Shown here: positions 9,575 to 18,966 of the stretch, in pieces
Numbering within the stretch: position 1 is the stretch's first letter
How the letters are laid out: each line of letters starts with the position of its first letter
Assembly (NCBI GenBank): GCA_021813905.1
Contig: JAKAJH010000004.1
Coordinates: 53,654 to 117,653, forward strand
Direction: 5' to 3'
DNA length: 64,000 bases
Source of the DNA: Bacteroidota bacterium
GTDB lineage: Bacteria > Bacteroidota > Ignavibacteria > UBA10030
The notes under the pieces: model-generated
Seen by the model: the letters and a program-made list of their open reading frames with translations, nothing else
Databases searched by the model: none
Told to the model about the DNA's origin: nothing
Made by a program: the position numbers and the translations under genes

Positions 9575-10393
9575 ATGAAACGAGCAGTATTTCTGGTCCT
9601 GTCGATCACTTCCATGGCCGCCGCCCAAATCCCCGCCGACACGTCATACTGGAAGCACAGCCTCATGACCAGTCTCACGGTCACGCAGATCTCCTACACG
9701 GATTGGGCCCAGGGAGGCGAGAATGCTCTGTCCTGGACCGGCCGGCTCGAAGGAACATCCGCGTACGATCAGGGCCCGTATCTCTGGTCAAGCAGCTACA
9801 AGTTCGCCTACGGGACCACAAAGCTCGGCACGCAGAGCATGAGGAAGACGGATGACAACATCGATCTTTCTTCTTCGCTGACGTACCGCGTCGGCACATA
9901 CATCAATCCGTACGTATCCGTTGCCCTGAAGACGCAGTTTGCCAAAGGGTACACGTACGACCCGACCGGCGTGGGCACGGAGATCTCCAACTTCTTTGAT
10001 CCTGCGTTCCTGACGCAAAGCGCCGGCCTCGGCTACCAGCCGGTGCCGGAAGTCAAGGTACGACTCGGCGCCGCGGTGCGCGAGATCATCACGAACCAGT
10101 TCCGCCGATATGCAGACGGTGAGGCAACGAAGGTCGAGGGCGGTATGGAATCGGTCATCGAAGTCGATACGCGCGTGGTTGACAACATCGCCTTCCATTC
10201 CAAACTCAATCTGTTCTCGGCGTTCAAGACGTTCGATCAGGTCATCGTGCACAGCGACAACACGCTGGCGGCACAGATCAACAAGTATCTGTCGACCACT
10301 TTGAGCGTGCAGATCATCCAGGAGCGGCCGATCTCGCCGCGGACGCAGATCAAACAGATGATCGCGTTGATGGCCAGCTACGTACTCATTTGA
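9575..10393 (+). CDS. DUF3078-like outer-membrane beta-barrel protein
   Basis: Signal peptide MKRAVFLVLSITSMAAAQ; YTDWAQGGENALSWTG motif; alternating beta-strand pattern. Confidence 0.5.
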   Translation: MKRAVFLVLSITSMAAAQIPADTSYWKHSLMTSLTVTQISYTDWAQGGENALSWTGRLEGTSAYDQGPYLWSSSYKFAYGTTKLGTQSMRKTDDNIDLSSSLTYRVGTYINPYVSVALKTQFAKGYTYDPTGVGTEISNFFDPAFLTQSAGLGYQPVPEVKVRLGAAVREIITNQFRRYADGEATKVEGGMESVIEVDTRVVDNIAFHSKLNLFSAFKTFDQVIVHSDNTLAAQINKYLSTTLSVQIIQERPISPRTQIKQMIALMASYVLI

Positions 10394-10576
10394 GTGCGCC
10401 GCGTCACGCTGTTGATGTGACGGATGAGGCACCGTTGCGTGTTTCGACGGAGAGGGTGACCCGCGGGCCGTTGCCTCCGCGGGCATCATCCCCTATATTG
10501 ACAGGGCATGTTCACTTCCGAATTCCTTATGAATCCGTACGAATTCTATTCACCACGGTATCCCGCAGGAGAACCC

Positions 10577-12463
10577 ATGCGTCCGTTTGCCGGTCTCGCG
10601 CTTTCGCTTCTCGGTCTCGCACTCACTCCCCGTATCGACGTACTTGCCCAGGAGCGCGACCGAAGCCGCATCCCTGAAGAGTACAAGTGGAATCTGGCAG
10701 ATGTGTATCCGTCGGAAGCGGCCTGGCGGACGGCAAAGGAGGCGCTCGTCGCGAAGATCCCGGACGTGGACCCGTATCGCGGCACGCTGGCCTCCTCCGC
10801 GGATCAGCTCCGGGCCTGTCTGGACCTCACCACGGAGATGGGTAAGGAGTTCGCCCGTCTGTACAGCTACGCGAGCATGACGCTGGACCAGGACACCCGG
10901 GTCTCCACGGCGCTCGGCATGCAACAGGAGATGAGCAAGCTCGGCGCGGACCTGGGAGCCCGCACATCCTTCATCGAGCCGGAGATCCTCAAGGCGGATT
11001 CCGCGCGTATCTTCGGATTCGTGAACGCCGACAAGCGGCTGGAAGTCTACCGGCATTACCTCGACGATATTCTCCGACGCCGGGCACATACGGGGACCGA
11101 GGGCGAGGAGAAGATCATCGCGGACGCGAGTCTGATGGCTGATGCGCCGGAGAACATCCACAGCATCTTTGCGAACGCCGAGTTCCCGTATCCCGAGGTG
11201 ACCCTCAGCGACGGCAAGACGGTGCGGCTCGATCAGGCAGGCTACAGCCTCTATCGGGCTGTTCCCAATCGGGCCGACCGGGAAAAAGTATTCGCGGCAT
11301 TCTTCGACGCGCTCAATCAGTACCGCCGGACGTACGGCACCCAATTGAACGCCGAAGTGAAGAAGAACCTCTTCTACACCCGCGCCCGGAACTACGACAC
11401 GCCCCTCCACGCGGCGCTGGATGCGAACAACATTCCCGTTCAGGTCTATCACAGTCTCATTGAAAACGTCGACCGGAACCTCTCGACCTTCCACCGGTAC
11501 CTGGACCTCCGTCGCCGCATCCTGGGCGTCGACACGCTTCACTACTACGATCTCTACGCCCCGCTGCTCAAGGAGGCCGATCTCTCCTACACGTTCGACG
11601 AAGCCAAGCAGCAGGTGCTCGGGGCGGTCCAGCCGCTGGGCGCCGACTATGTGCGAACCGTGGAAGAGGCATTTACCCACCGGTGGATCGACGTTTATCC
11701 GACGGAAGGGAAGCGCTCCGGCGCCTACTCGAATGGCTCCGCCTACGACGTGCATCCGTACATCCTTCTTAATTACAACGGAAAGTTCGACGATGTGAGC
11801 ACGCTGGCGCACGAGCTGGGCCACACGATGCACAGCTACTACTCCAACAAGAACCAGCCGTATGCCACCTCGCAATACGCCATCTTCGTCGCGGAAGTCG
11901 CATCGACTTTCAACGAGGCGCTGCTGATGGATTATGTCCTCAAGAACATCCACGACGACAACATCCGGCTGTCACTGCTCGGCAACTACCTGGAAAACAT
12001 CAAGGGAACGGTGTTCCGACAGACCCAGTTCGCGGAGTTTGAACTCCGGATCCACGAAAAGGCCCAGCAGGGCGAGGCCCTGACCGGAGACGTTCTGAAC
12101 GATCTCTATATGCAGATCACGAAGAAGTACTACGGCCACGACCGGCACGTGTGCATTGTGGACGATGAGATCAAGTCGGAATGGATGTTCATTCCCCATT
12201 TCTACTACGACTTCTACGTGTATCAGTACGCCACCGCCTTCACCGCGTCCGCTGCATTGTCCGAGCGCGTCCTCGCGGGTGACGAACAGACCCGCAGCCG
12301 CTATATGACCTTCCTCTCATCCGGAGGTTCGGACTATCCCATCGCGTTGCTGAAAGACGCCGGCGTCGACATGACCACCTCCGCCCCCTTCGAGCTGACG
12401 ATGAAGAAGATGAACCGCGTGATGGATGAGATCGAGAAGATCCTCGACCGGACGAAAAAGTAG
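10577..12463 (+). CDS. M3-family oligoendopeptidase F (PepF-like), with signal peptide
   Basis: HELGHTMHSYYS zinc motif in an about 630-aa protein. N-terminal MRPFAGLALSLLGLALTP signal. Confidence 0.8.
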   Translation: MRPFAGLALSLLGLALTPRIDVLAQERDRSRIPEEYKWNLADVYPSEAAWRTAKEALVAKIPDVDPYRGTLASSADQLRACLDLTTEMGKEFARLYSYASMTLDQDTRVSTALGMQQEMSKLGADLGARTSFIEPEILKADSARIFGFVNADKRLEVYRHYLDDILRRRAHTGTEGEEKIIADASLMADAPENIHSIFANAEFPYPEVTLSDGKTVRLDQAGYSLYRAVPNRADREKVFAAFFDALNQYRRTYGTQLNAEVKKNLFYTRARNYDTPLHAALDANNIPVQVYHSLIENVDRNLSTFHRYLDLRRRILGVDTLHYYDLYAPLLKEADLSYTFDEAKQQVLGAVQPLGADYVRTVEEAFTHRWIDVYPTEGKRSGAYSNGSAYDVHPYILLNYNGKFDDVSTLAHELGHTMHSYYSNKNQPYATSQYAIFVAEVASTFNEALLMDYVLKNIHDDNIRLSLLGNYLENIKGTVFRQTQFAEFELRIHEKAQQGEALTGDVLNDLYMQITKKYYGHDRHVCIVDDEIKSEWMFIPHFYYDFYVYQYATAFTASAALSERVLAGDEQTRSRYMTFLSSGGSDYPIALLKDAGVDMTTSAPFELTMKKMNRVMDEIEKILDRTKK

Positions 12464-12517
12464 CCGCGTGAACGGACAAGGGCGCCCACAGCGGAGATTG
12501 CATCGCGCGTACGAATC

Positions 12518-13432
12518 GTGGCAGCAGTGATCATCCCATATGCCGGCTGGCAAAAATGCCTTCGGCTCAGCAATCCAGCCATCGACCTGGTCATCACGAC
12601 GGAAGTCGGTCCTCGCATTATCCGATTCGGATTGACCGGCGGACCGAACGAGTTCGCCGAATACCCCGACCAAGTCGGCACGAGCGGGGATGCGGCGTAT
12701 CATTCGTACGGCGGTCACCGTCTCTGGGTCGCGCCGGAAGAGAACGGCCGCACGAACCATCCCGATAATCTTCCGGTCGGATGGAAAATTGAGGAGGATG
12801 GCGAGATGGTGCTTCTCGCCCCGGTCGAAAAAGGAACGCAATTGCAGAAGCAACTGCGTGTGCAACTCGATCCAGTGAAGCCTCACGTTACCGTCATCCA
12901 CCGGATCACCAATCGCGGGAAGGCGGATGCGGTGCTGGCCCCTTGGGCGGTCACCGTTATGGCCCCGGGCGGACGGGCGATCATCCCGCAGGAGCCGTTC
13001 GTCGCGCACAGCAAACGTGTGCTGCCGGTGCGGCCGGTGGTGCTGTGGGGGTACACGCGGATGAAGGATCTGCGGTGGACGTGGGGAGACCGCTTCATTC
13101 AGCTCCGGCAGGATGCCGCCGGAGACGGTCCGCAAAAGATGGGGGCGCTGGTCACCGCGGGGTGGGCAGCGTACGCGAACGGCGACCGGATCTTCCTGAA
13201 GCGATTCGACTGCACGCCCGGTGCGTCGTACCCTGATTTCGGCTGCAACCTGGAGATCTTCACCAATCACCGCATGCTGGAAGTCGAGAGTCTCGGACCC
13301 GTGACGACGCTTTCGCCCGGCAAATCCGTGACCCATCGGGAAGATTGGTACCTCTTCTCCGGGATCCAATTGGGCGGCTCGGAAGACGCTCTTGCGAGTG
13401 CGCTGGCGACGATCCTCAGCCGGATTTCCTGA
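12518..13432 (+). CDS. Hypothetical protein (possibly a mutarotase-like fold)
   Basis: Long ORF with coding-like GC3 and no recognisable catalytic motif. Confidence 0.3.
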   Translation: MAAVIIPYAGWQKCLRLSNPAIDLVITTEVGPRIIRFGLTGGPNEFAEYPDQVGTSGDAAYHSYGGHRLWVAPEENGRTNHPDNLPVGWKIEEDGEMVLLAPVEKGTQLQKQLRVQLDPVKPHVTVIHRITNRGKADAVLAPWAVTVMAPGGRAIIPQEPFVAHSKRVLPVRPVVLWGYTRMKDLRWTWGDRFIQLRQDAAGDGPQKMGALVTAGWAAYANGDRIFLKRFDCTPGASYPDFGCNLEIFTNHRMLEVESLGPVTTLSPGKSVTHREDWYLFSGIQLGGSEDALASALATILSRIS

Positions 13433-13694
13433 ATACTACTCTCCCCCCTTCTCGTCCCACGCCCGATCCCAGCATGTGTCCCGGCGTCCGCTTCGGCCGA
13501 CGGAAATGCATCAGGAAAGGATTTCCGGAAACTGCCCCCCCCGGACGGTGCGAGGCACCTTAGGTGCGTGGCACGTTCAGGTGCTGAATATGCTGCAAAC
13601 GCAGCGTTTCTCCGATTCGCTGCCCGGACCGCCATTCACCGATCCCGTTCCACGGTTCGCCGAACAAGCCGCAACTCCGGCGAATTTCCTCGGT

Positions 13695-14099
13695 ATGTTG
13701 GAGGTGGACATCATCACTGACGGAGGACGCATGGATCGAGAACGTCGTCGCCTCTACTGGCACCTGGGTGTCGGTATCTTCCTGGTTGTCATCGGCACCC
13801 TGATGCTGCTTGACCGCTTCAATATCATCTATGTCGGATCGGTCTGGCATTTCTGGCCGGTGATCCTGCTCGCGGTCGGGTTGGCCCGCCTGGCAGACGC
13901 GCAGGAACGGCACGAGTACCGAAGCGCTTTCTTCTGGCTCTTCTTCGGCAGCTGGTTCCTCGCGAGCGAGCTGCACCTGTTCGGGCTTTCTTACCACAAT
14001 TCATGGCCGCTGCTGCTCATCGGCTGGGGCGTCAGCATTCTGATGCGCACCGGTCCGGAGAAACAGCATCATTCCGAGGAGACTGCCCATGGAAACTAA
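13695..14099 (+). CDS. LiaF-like multi-TM membrane protein (start uncertain: 13695 or 13731)
   Basis: Four hydrophobic segments (GVGIFLVVIGTLMLL, WHFWPVILLAVGLARL, FFWLFFGSWFLAS, SWPLLLIGWGVSIL). Overlaps the next gene by 11 nt. Confidence 0.35.
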   Translation: MLEVDIITDGGRMDRERRRLYWHLGVGIFLVVIGTLMLLDRFNIIYVGSVWHFWPVILLAVGLARLADAQERHEYRSAFFWLFFGSWFLASELHLFGLSYHNSWPLLLIGWGVSILMRTGPEKQHHSEETAHGN

Positions 14100-14787
14100 C
14101 GCGCGCTGGCACCTGCCCCGCCTGATCATCGGCTTCGGCATCGTTCTGATCGGTCTTCTGTTCCTGCTCAACAACCTCGACATCGTTGACGCGCATCAGT
14201 ACCTCCGGTTCTGGCCGGCCATCCTGATGCTTCTGGGCGTCGCCTACCTGATCCGGCCTGGCTCAGCCGGAGCGCGGGTGTGGGGAGCCGTCCTGCTCTT
14301 CGCCGGAACGGGCCTGCTTCTCGACCATATGGAGTACATTCATTTTCGTCTGTGGGATTTCTGGCCGGTCATTCTCGTCATTGCCGGCGGCAGCATCGTC
14401 CTGCAGGCTTACCGGTACCGGAACCGGCCATCGGCCGCTGCGGAAGCGTCGGATGATTCCACGATCACTGGTACCGCCGTGATGTCGGGCTTCAAGCGCG
14501 CGTCAAACGCCCAGGATTTCCGGGGCGGGCAACTCACCGCCGTCATGGGCGGCATCGAGCTGGATCTGCGGCGCGCATCAATGAAGTCCGGCGAGGCCGT
14601 CATCGACATCTTCACGATGTGGGGCGGCATCGAAATGCGCATCCCGGAAGACTGGACCCTGGTCAACCGGATGACGCCGTTCATGGGAGGAGTGGAGGAC
14701 GCCACCGTACCGCCGTCCACCGCCACGGGCAAACGCCTGGTACTCACCGGCACAGCCATCATGGGCGGTGTCGAAGTCAGGAACTGA
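14089..14787 (+). CDS. LiaF-like protein (N-terminal TM segments + C-terminal DUF2154-like beta domain)
   Basis: Membrane N-terminus, then a GGIELDLRRA...MWGGIEMRIPEDW...IMGGVEV repetitive C-terminus typical of LiaF/YvqF. Stop lies 4 nt before the kinase start. Confidence 0.45.
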   Translation: METNARWHLPRLIIGFGIVLIGLLFLLNNLDIVDAHQYLRFWPAILMLLGVAYLIRPGSAGARVWGAVLLFAGTGLLLDHMEYIHFRLWDFWPVILVIAGGSIVLQAYRYRNRPSAAAEASDDSTITGTAVMSGFKRASNAQDFRGGQLTAVMGGIELDLRRASMKSGEAVIDIFTMWGGIEMRIPEDWTLVNRMTPFMGGVEDATVPPSTATGKRLVLTGTAIMGGVEVRN

Positions 14788-14790
14788 CGG

Positions 14791-15852
14791 ATGCATCCCC
14801 TTCTGACCGGCCGCGGGACCATCGCGCTTTACGTCGCGGCCTGGCTCGTGATCGCGGCTCTGATCGCCGCGCTCCTGATCATCCCCGGGACGTTCGGGTG
14901 GAGCGCGGCAGCGATGCTCGTCCTGCCGATGGCCATCGTGTATGCGTTCATGTGCCTCTCATCGTACTACCTCTGCCGCGCATTTCCGCTCCTGAGCACG
15001 AACGTGCTCAAGGTTTTCATCGTCTTGCTGGTTGCCGCCGTGGCCACCAGCGCGGTCTGGGTGCTCGCCGGCAGCGCATGGGCAATGGCGCTCGGTTCGC
15101 TGTTCAACGATGCACAGTTCTGGGAACGTTATCGGCTTCAGTATCCTCTCCTCTTTGGAATCGGTGTCGTCCTCTCCCTGCTCGTTGCCGCCGTGCACTA
15201 CGTCATCATCGCATTCGAGCAGGCTCGTGCCGCCGAACGGCGCGCGTACGAACTTCGACTGCTTGCGCAGGGTGCTGAACTCAAGCTCCTTCGCGCTCAG
15301 ATCGACCCCCATTTCCTCTTCAACAGCCTCAATTCCGTCGCGGCGCTGATCTCGTCCGATCCGGACGGAGCGCGAACCATGAGTGTTCGACTCGCCGGCT
15401 TCCTGCGCGAAAGTCTCCGCCTCGGGGCACAGGAATTCATCGCCGTCCGCGAGGAACTCGCCCTCGCGCGTGATTTTCTGCGAATCGAACAGGTCCGCTT
15501 CGGCAAGCGATTGCAGGTGGAAGAGTCCGTCACGCCCGACGCTGAGACGGTCATCATTCCTTCCCTGCTCCTTCAGCCCCTGGTGGAGAATGCGGTCACG
15601 CACGGCATCGCTCATCTTGTCGACGGCGGAACGATCCGCATCGCGGCCCGTCGCACCGCCGCCCGTCTGATCGTCGAGGTCTGGAATCCCTGCGATGCCG
15701 ATCGCCCCCGAAGCAAAGGGCCCGGCATCGGCCTTCAGAACGTCCGCTACCGGCTCTCCACGCTTTATGGCAGCGACGGATCTCTGGAGGTTGAGGAAAC
15801 GAATCGCTATTTTCGGGTGATCGTGAGTCTTCCCTCAACCGCCGAACGCTGA
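14791..15852 (+). CDS. Sensor histidine kinase, 4TM + His_kinase (LytS/YehU-type) + HATPase
   Basis: QIDPHFLFNSLNSVAALI (His_kinase/PF06580-like) and LVENAVTHGI...GIGLQNV ATPase motifs, with 4 N-terminal TM helices. Confidence 0.8.
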   Translation: MHPLLTGRGTIALYVAAWLVIAALIAALLIIPGTFGWSAAAMLVLPMAIVYAFMCLSSYYLCRAFPLLSTNVLKVFIVLLVAAVATSAVWVLAGSAWAMALGSLFNDAQFWERYRLQYPLLFGIGVVLSLLVAAVHYVIIAFEQARAAERRAYELRLLAQGAELKLLRAQIDPHFLFNSLNSVAALISSDPDGARTMSVRLAGFLRESLRLGAQEFIAVREELALARDFLRIEQVRFGKRLQVEESVTPDAETVIIPSLLLQPLVENAVTHGIAHLVDGGTIRIAARRTAARLIVEVWNPCDADRPRSKGPGIGLQNVRYRLSTLYGSDGSLEVEETNRYFRVIVSLPSTAER

Positions 15853-16611
15853 ATGCCTTCCGACCGCCGATCCGCTCCGTTGCGCGCCGTCATCGTGGAT
15901 GACGAGACTCCGGCCCGGCAGCTCCTTCGCGAGTATCTTGGCGACTTTCCCGGCATCGATCTGGTGGGAGAATGCGCGAACGGATTCGAGGCGGTGAAGC
16001 TCCTCCCTGAACTGAAGCCGGACCTGCTCTTTCTCGACATTCAGATGCCGAAGCTCACCGGCTTCGAAGTGCTGGAACTGATCGAGCCGCCGCCGGCGGT
16101 CATCTTCGCCACCGCGTACGACCAGTTCGCGCTCAAGGCCTTCGAGATCCACGCCGTGGACTATCTGCTGAAGCCGTTCAGCAAGGAGCGTCTCGCGGAA
16201 GCGGTGGATCGGGCCCGCGAACGCCTCCATCATCACCGAAAGTTGCCTGTCGCCTCCCTCGCCACGGAGGCGCGCGGCACGGGGACACCGCTCGAGAGAG
16301 TGCTGATCAAGGAGGGCTCCCGGGTCCACGTTATTCCGGTCGATCGGATCGACTACATCGAGGCGGAAGACGACTACGTGTCCATCCATGCCGACGGCAA
16401 GAAGCATCTGAAGCAGCAGCGTCTGACGGAGCTGGAAGGCCTGCTCGATTCGCAGCGCTTTGTCCGCGTTCATCGCTCGTTTATCATCAACATCGACCGG
16501 ATCGCGCGGATCGAGCTGTACGCAAAGGACAGCCGTGTGGCAATCCTGAAGGACGGCAGACAGCTCCAGATCAGCCGTTCCGGATACGAGAAGTTGAAAG
16601 ATCGTCTCTGA
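15853..16611 (+). CDS. LytTR-family response regulator
   Basis: REC domain (VIVDDE...LLFLDIQMP...YLLKP) plus a C-terminal LytTR domain (VHRSFIINIDRI). ATG directly abuts the kinase stop. Confidence 0.85.
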   Translation: MPSDRRSAPLRAVIVDDETPARQLLREYLGDFPGIDLVGECANGFEAVKLLPELKPDLLFLDIQMPKLTGFEVLELIEPPPAVIFATAYDQFALKAFEIHAVDYLLKPFSKERLAEAVDRARERLHHHRKLPVASLATEARGTGTPLERVLIKEGSRVHVIPVDRIDYIEAEDDYVSIHADGKKHLKQQRLTELEGLLDSQRFVRVHRSFIINIDRIARIELYAKDSRVAILKDGRQLQISRSGYEKLKDRL

Positions 16612-16648
16612 GTTGGACACACACAAATCGCCGATGGGAGGACAGATC

Positions 16649-17128
16649 ATGAAATCTCTCACGGAATGGATCGGAGCCGCGTTGCTGATGCCGGCCATGA
16701 GCGTTCCCCTGGCAGCCCAGCAGCCGCACGAAGCGATGGCACTGATGCGAGAGGACAGCCTGTTTGACGCAGCGACTGCCGCGCACGGAATCGAAGGATG
16801 GGTGGCCTCATTCGCGCCGAACGGTTCCATGCTCTCCGACACCACGGCGCCGACCACCGGCACGGCGGCCATCCGCGATGCAATGGCGGGATTCTTCGCC
16901 GACTCCAGCGCATCCCTGCGGTGGAAGCCGACGTCAGGCGGCATGCTCCTTGCCGGGAAGGTCGGCTATACGATCGGCACCTATGAGCGGCGTCGCCGGA
17001 ATTCCGCCGGTGTACTGATGCGGGCCACCGGCCGCTACACAACTGTCTGGATGAAGCAGCCCGACCACTCCTGGAAGATCATCCTCGACACCGGCGCGGC
17101 GGATGGACCGCCCGAAGAAGTGAGGTAG
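16649..17128 (+). CDS. Secreted SnoaL/DUF4440-like (NTF2 fold) protein
   Basis: Signal peptide MKSLTEWIGAALLMPAMSVPLAAQ; about 135-aa mature domain with a W..F..GY.T pattern. Confidence 0.4.
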   Translation: MKSLTEWIGAALLMPAMSVPLAAQQPHEAMALMREDSLFDAATAAHGIEGWVASFAPNGSMLSDTTAPTTGTAAIRDAMAGFFADSSASLRWKPTSGGMLLAGKVGYTIGTYERRRRNSAGVLMRATGRYTTVWMKQPDHSWKIILDTGAADGPPEEVR

Positions 17129-17136
17129 GCTCAGCG

Positions 17137-18594
17137 ATGGACACACATCACCAGCACGCCGGAGACATGGATCCGGAAGAATTCCGACGACTGGGCAAAC
17201 AGGTCGTCGATTGGATCGCCGACTATCTGAACGACGCCTCGAAGTATCCGGTGCTCTCGCGGGTCAAACCGGGCGATATCCGCGCCCAGCTTCCCGCCGT
17301 TCCGCCGACGCAGGCAGAGCCGATGCAGAACGTCCTCACGGACTTTGAGCGCGTGGTTCTGCCCGGGATCACGCACTGGAATCACCCCGGCTTCTTCGCC
17401 TACTTCGCGATCACCGGCTCCGCGCCCGGCATTCTGGGCGAGATGCTGGCATCGGCGCTGAACGTGAACGGGATGCTCTGGCGCACGTCCCCGGCGGTCA
17501 CCGAACTGGAAGAAGTAGTGCTCGACTGGCTCCGCCAGATGCTCGGTCTGCCCGGCTCGTTCAAAGGCGTCATCACCGACACCGCCTCGGTCTCATCGCT
17601 GGTTGCGCTCGCCGCGGCACGCGAGTCCATCCAACGGACCATCCGTGAGGAGGGACTCGCCGGACGTACGGATCTGCCGCGTCTCCGGATGTACTGCTCC
17701 GATCAGACTCACTCGTCCATCGAGAAGGCAGCGATCGTGCTGGGAATCGGACAGCAAGGCGTGCGGAAGATCCCGAGCGATCATGCGTTTCGTATGCGGG
17801 CCGACCTGCTCGAGAGTGCAATTCGTGAGGATCGGAAGAACGGCTGGCTTCCGTTCTGTGTGACAGCCACGGTCGGCACGACCTCAACCACCAGCATCGA
17901 TCCGGTACGGGCCATCGCGGAGATCTGCCGGCGCGAGGCATTATGGCTTCACGTCGACGGCGCATACGGCGGCGTCGCCGGGATCGTGCCCGAGCTGCGG
18001 TCGGCTCTTGACGGCTGCGAACTCGCAGATTCATTCGTCGTCAATCCGCACAAGTGGCTGTTCACGCCCATCGACTGCAGCTGCCTCTACACCCGTCATG
18101 TCGATGTTCTGACCCAGGCGTTCAGTCTCGTCCCGGAGTATCTTCGCACCGCCGAACAGGGCGTGACGAACTACATGGACTGGGGTGTTCAACTCGGGCG
18201 GCGCTTCCGATCGCTGAAGCTGTGGTTCGTCATCCGGTCGTTCGGGGTGGAGGGACTCGCGGAGCGGATCCGAAACCACTGTCGCCTTGCCGCCGATCTC
18301 GCAGCACGTGTCGACCGGGAACCGGGCTTTGAACGGCTCGCCCCTGTGCCCTTCAGCGTGGTCTGCTTCCGCTGTCATCCGGCCGGCATAGACGATGAGG
18401 CCGCGCTGGAGACGCTGAACACCCGCATCCTGAACGCCGTGAACGAGTCCGGCGACGTGTTCCTCTCCCACACCAAACTGAACGGGCGCTATGCGATCCG
18501 GATCGCCATCGGCAATCTGCGCTCGCGGCAGGAACATATCGACCGCGCGTGGGACCTGATCCGACATCACGCCCGCGCGCTGGAGCCTCATTGA
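17137..18594 (+). CDS. Group II pyridoxal-phosphate-dependent decarboxylase (aromatic-L-amino-acid/tyrosine decarboxylase-like)
   Basis: FFAYF..SAPGILGEMLA, SCLYTRH, VVNPHKWLFTPIDCSCLY motifs, with the PLP-lysine in NPHKW. Confidence 0.85.
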   Translation: MDTHHQHAGDMDPEEFRRLGKQVVDWIADYLNDASKYPVLSRVKPGDIRAQLPAVPPTQAEPMQNVLTDFERVVLPGITHWNHPGFFAYFAITGSAPGILGEMLASALNVNGMLWRTSPAVTELEEVVLDWLRQMLGLPGSFKGVITDTASVSSLVALAAARESIQRTIREEGLAGRTDLPRLRMYCSDQTHSSIEKAAIVLGIGQQGVRKIPSDHAFRMRADLLESAIREDRKNGWLPFCVTATVGTTSTTSIDPVRAIAEICRREALWLHVDGAYGGVAGIVPELRSALDGCELADSFVVNPHKWLFTPIDCSCLYTRHVDVLTQAFSLVPEYLRTAEQGVTNYMDWGVQLGRRFRSLKLWFVIRSFGVEGLAERIRNHCRLAADLAARVDREPGFERLAPVPFSVVCFRCHPAGIDDEAALETLNTRILNAVNESGDVFLSHTKLNGRYAIRIAIGNLRSRQEHIDRAWDLIRHHARALEPH

Positions 18595-18618
18595 TCGCAC
18601 CACGATCCGAAGTCACTG

Positions 18619-18831
18619 ATGAAGATTGATCCCGCAATTCAAGTCTGTGCTTCGTGCCGCCGGCCGGCGGCCGATGTGCCGCTGATCCCTCTGGCGTACC
18701 AGTCGGCCTCCTACTGGATCTGCCCCCAATGTCTTCCAGTGCTGATCCACGCGCCGCAGAAACTCGTCGGGAAGCTGCCGAACGCCGAGCGGCTGGGGTC
18801 GGTGCCGAAGGACGGCTACGCGCACCACTGA
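18619..18831 (+). CDS. Small Cys-rich (CxxC ... CPQC) hypothetical protein
   Basis: 70-codon ORF with high GC3 lying 25 nt after the decarboxylase stop; CASCRR..x24..CPQC zinc-ribbon-like spacing. Confidence 0.25.
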   Translation: MKIDPAIQVCASCRRPAADVPLIPLAYQSASYWICPQCLPVLIHAPQKLVGKLPNAERLGSVPKDGYAHH

Positions 18832-18966
18832 TGGCGCGGCCGCACCGTATTGCGGCTGAAGACTCCATCCGATAGATTGTGTCATTCGGAACGCTGTCCT
18901 GATGCCCGAACCCTGATCGGCACGGCCGGTGCGGTGCCGGCGGCATTCCCCTGGAAAGGTGTTCTC

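Noticed and set aside
10550-11953. 467-aa minus-strand ORF across the PepF gene
   Set aside because: It is antisense to a gene carrying the HELGH zinc motif and has no motif of its own.
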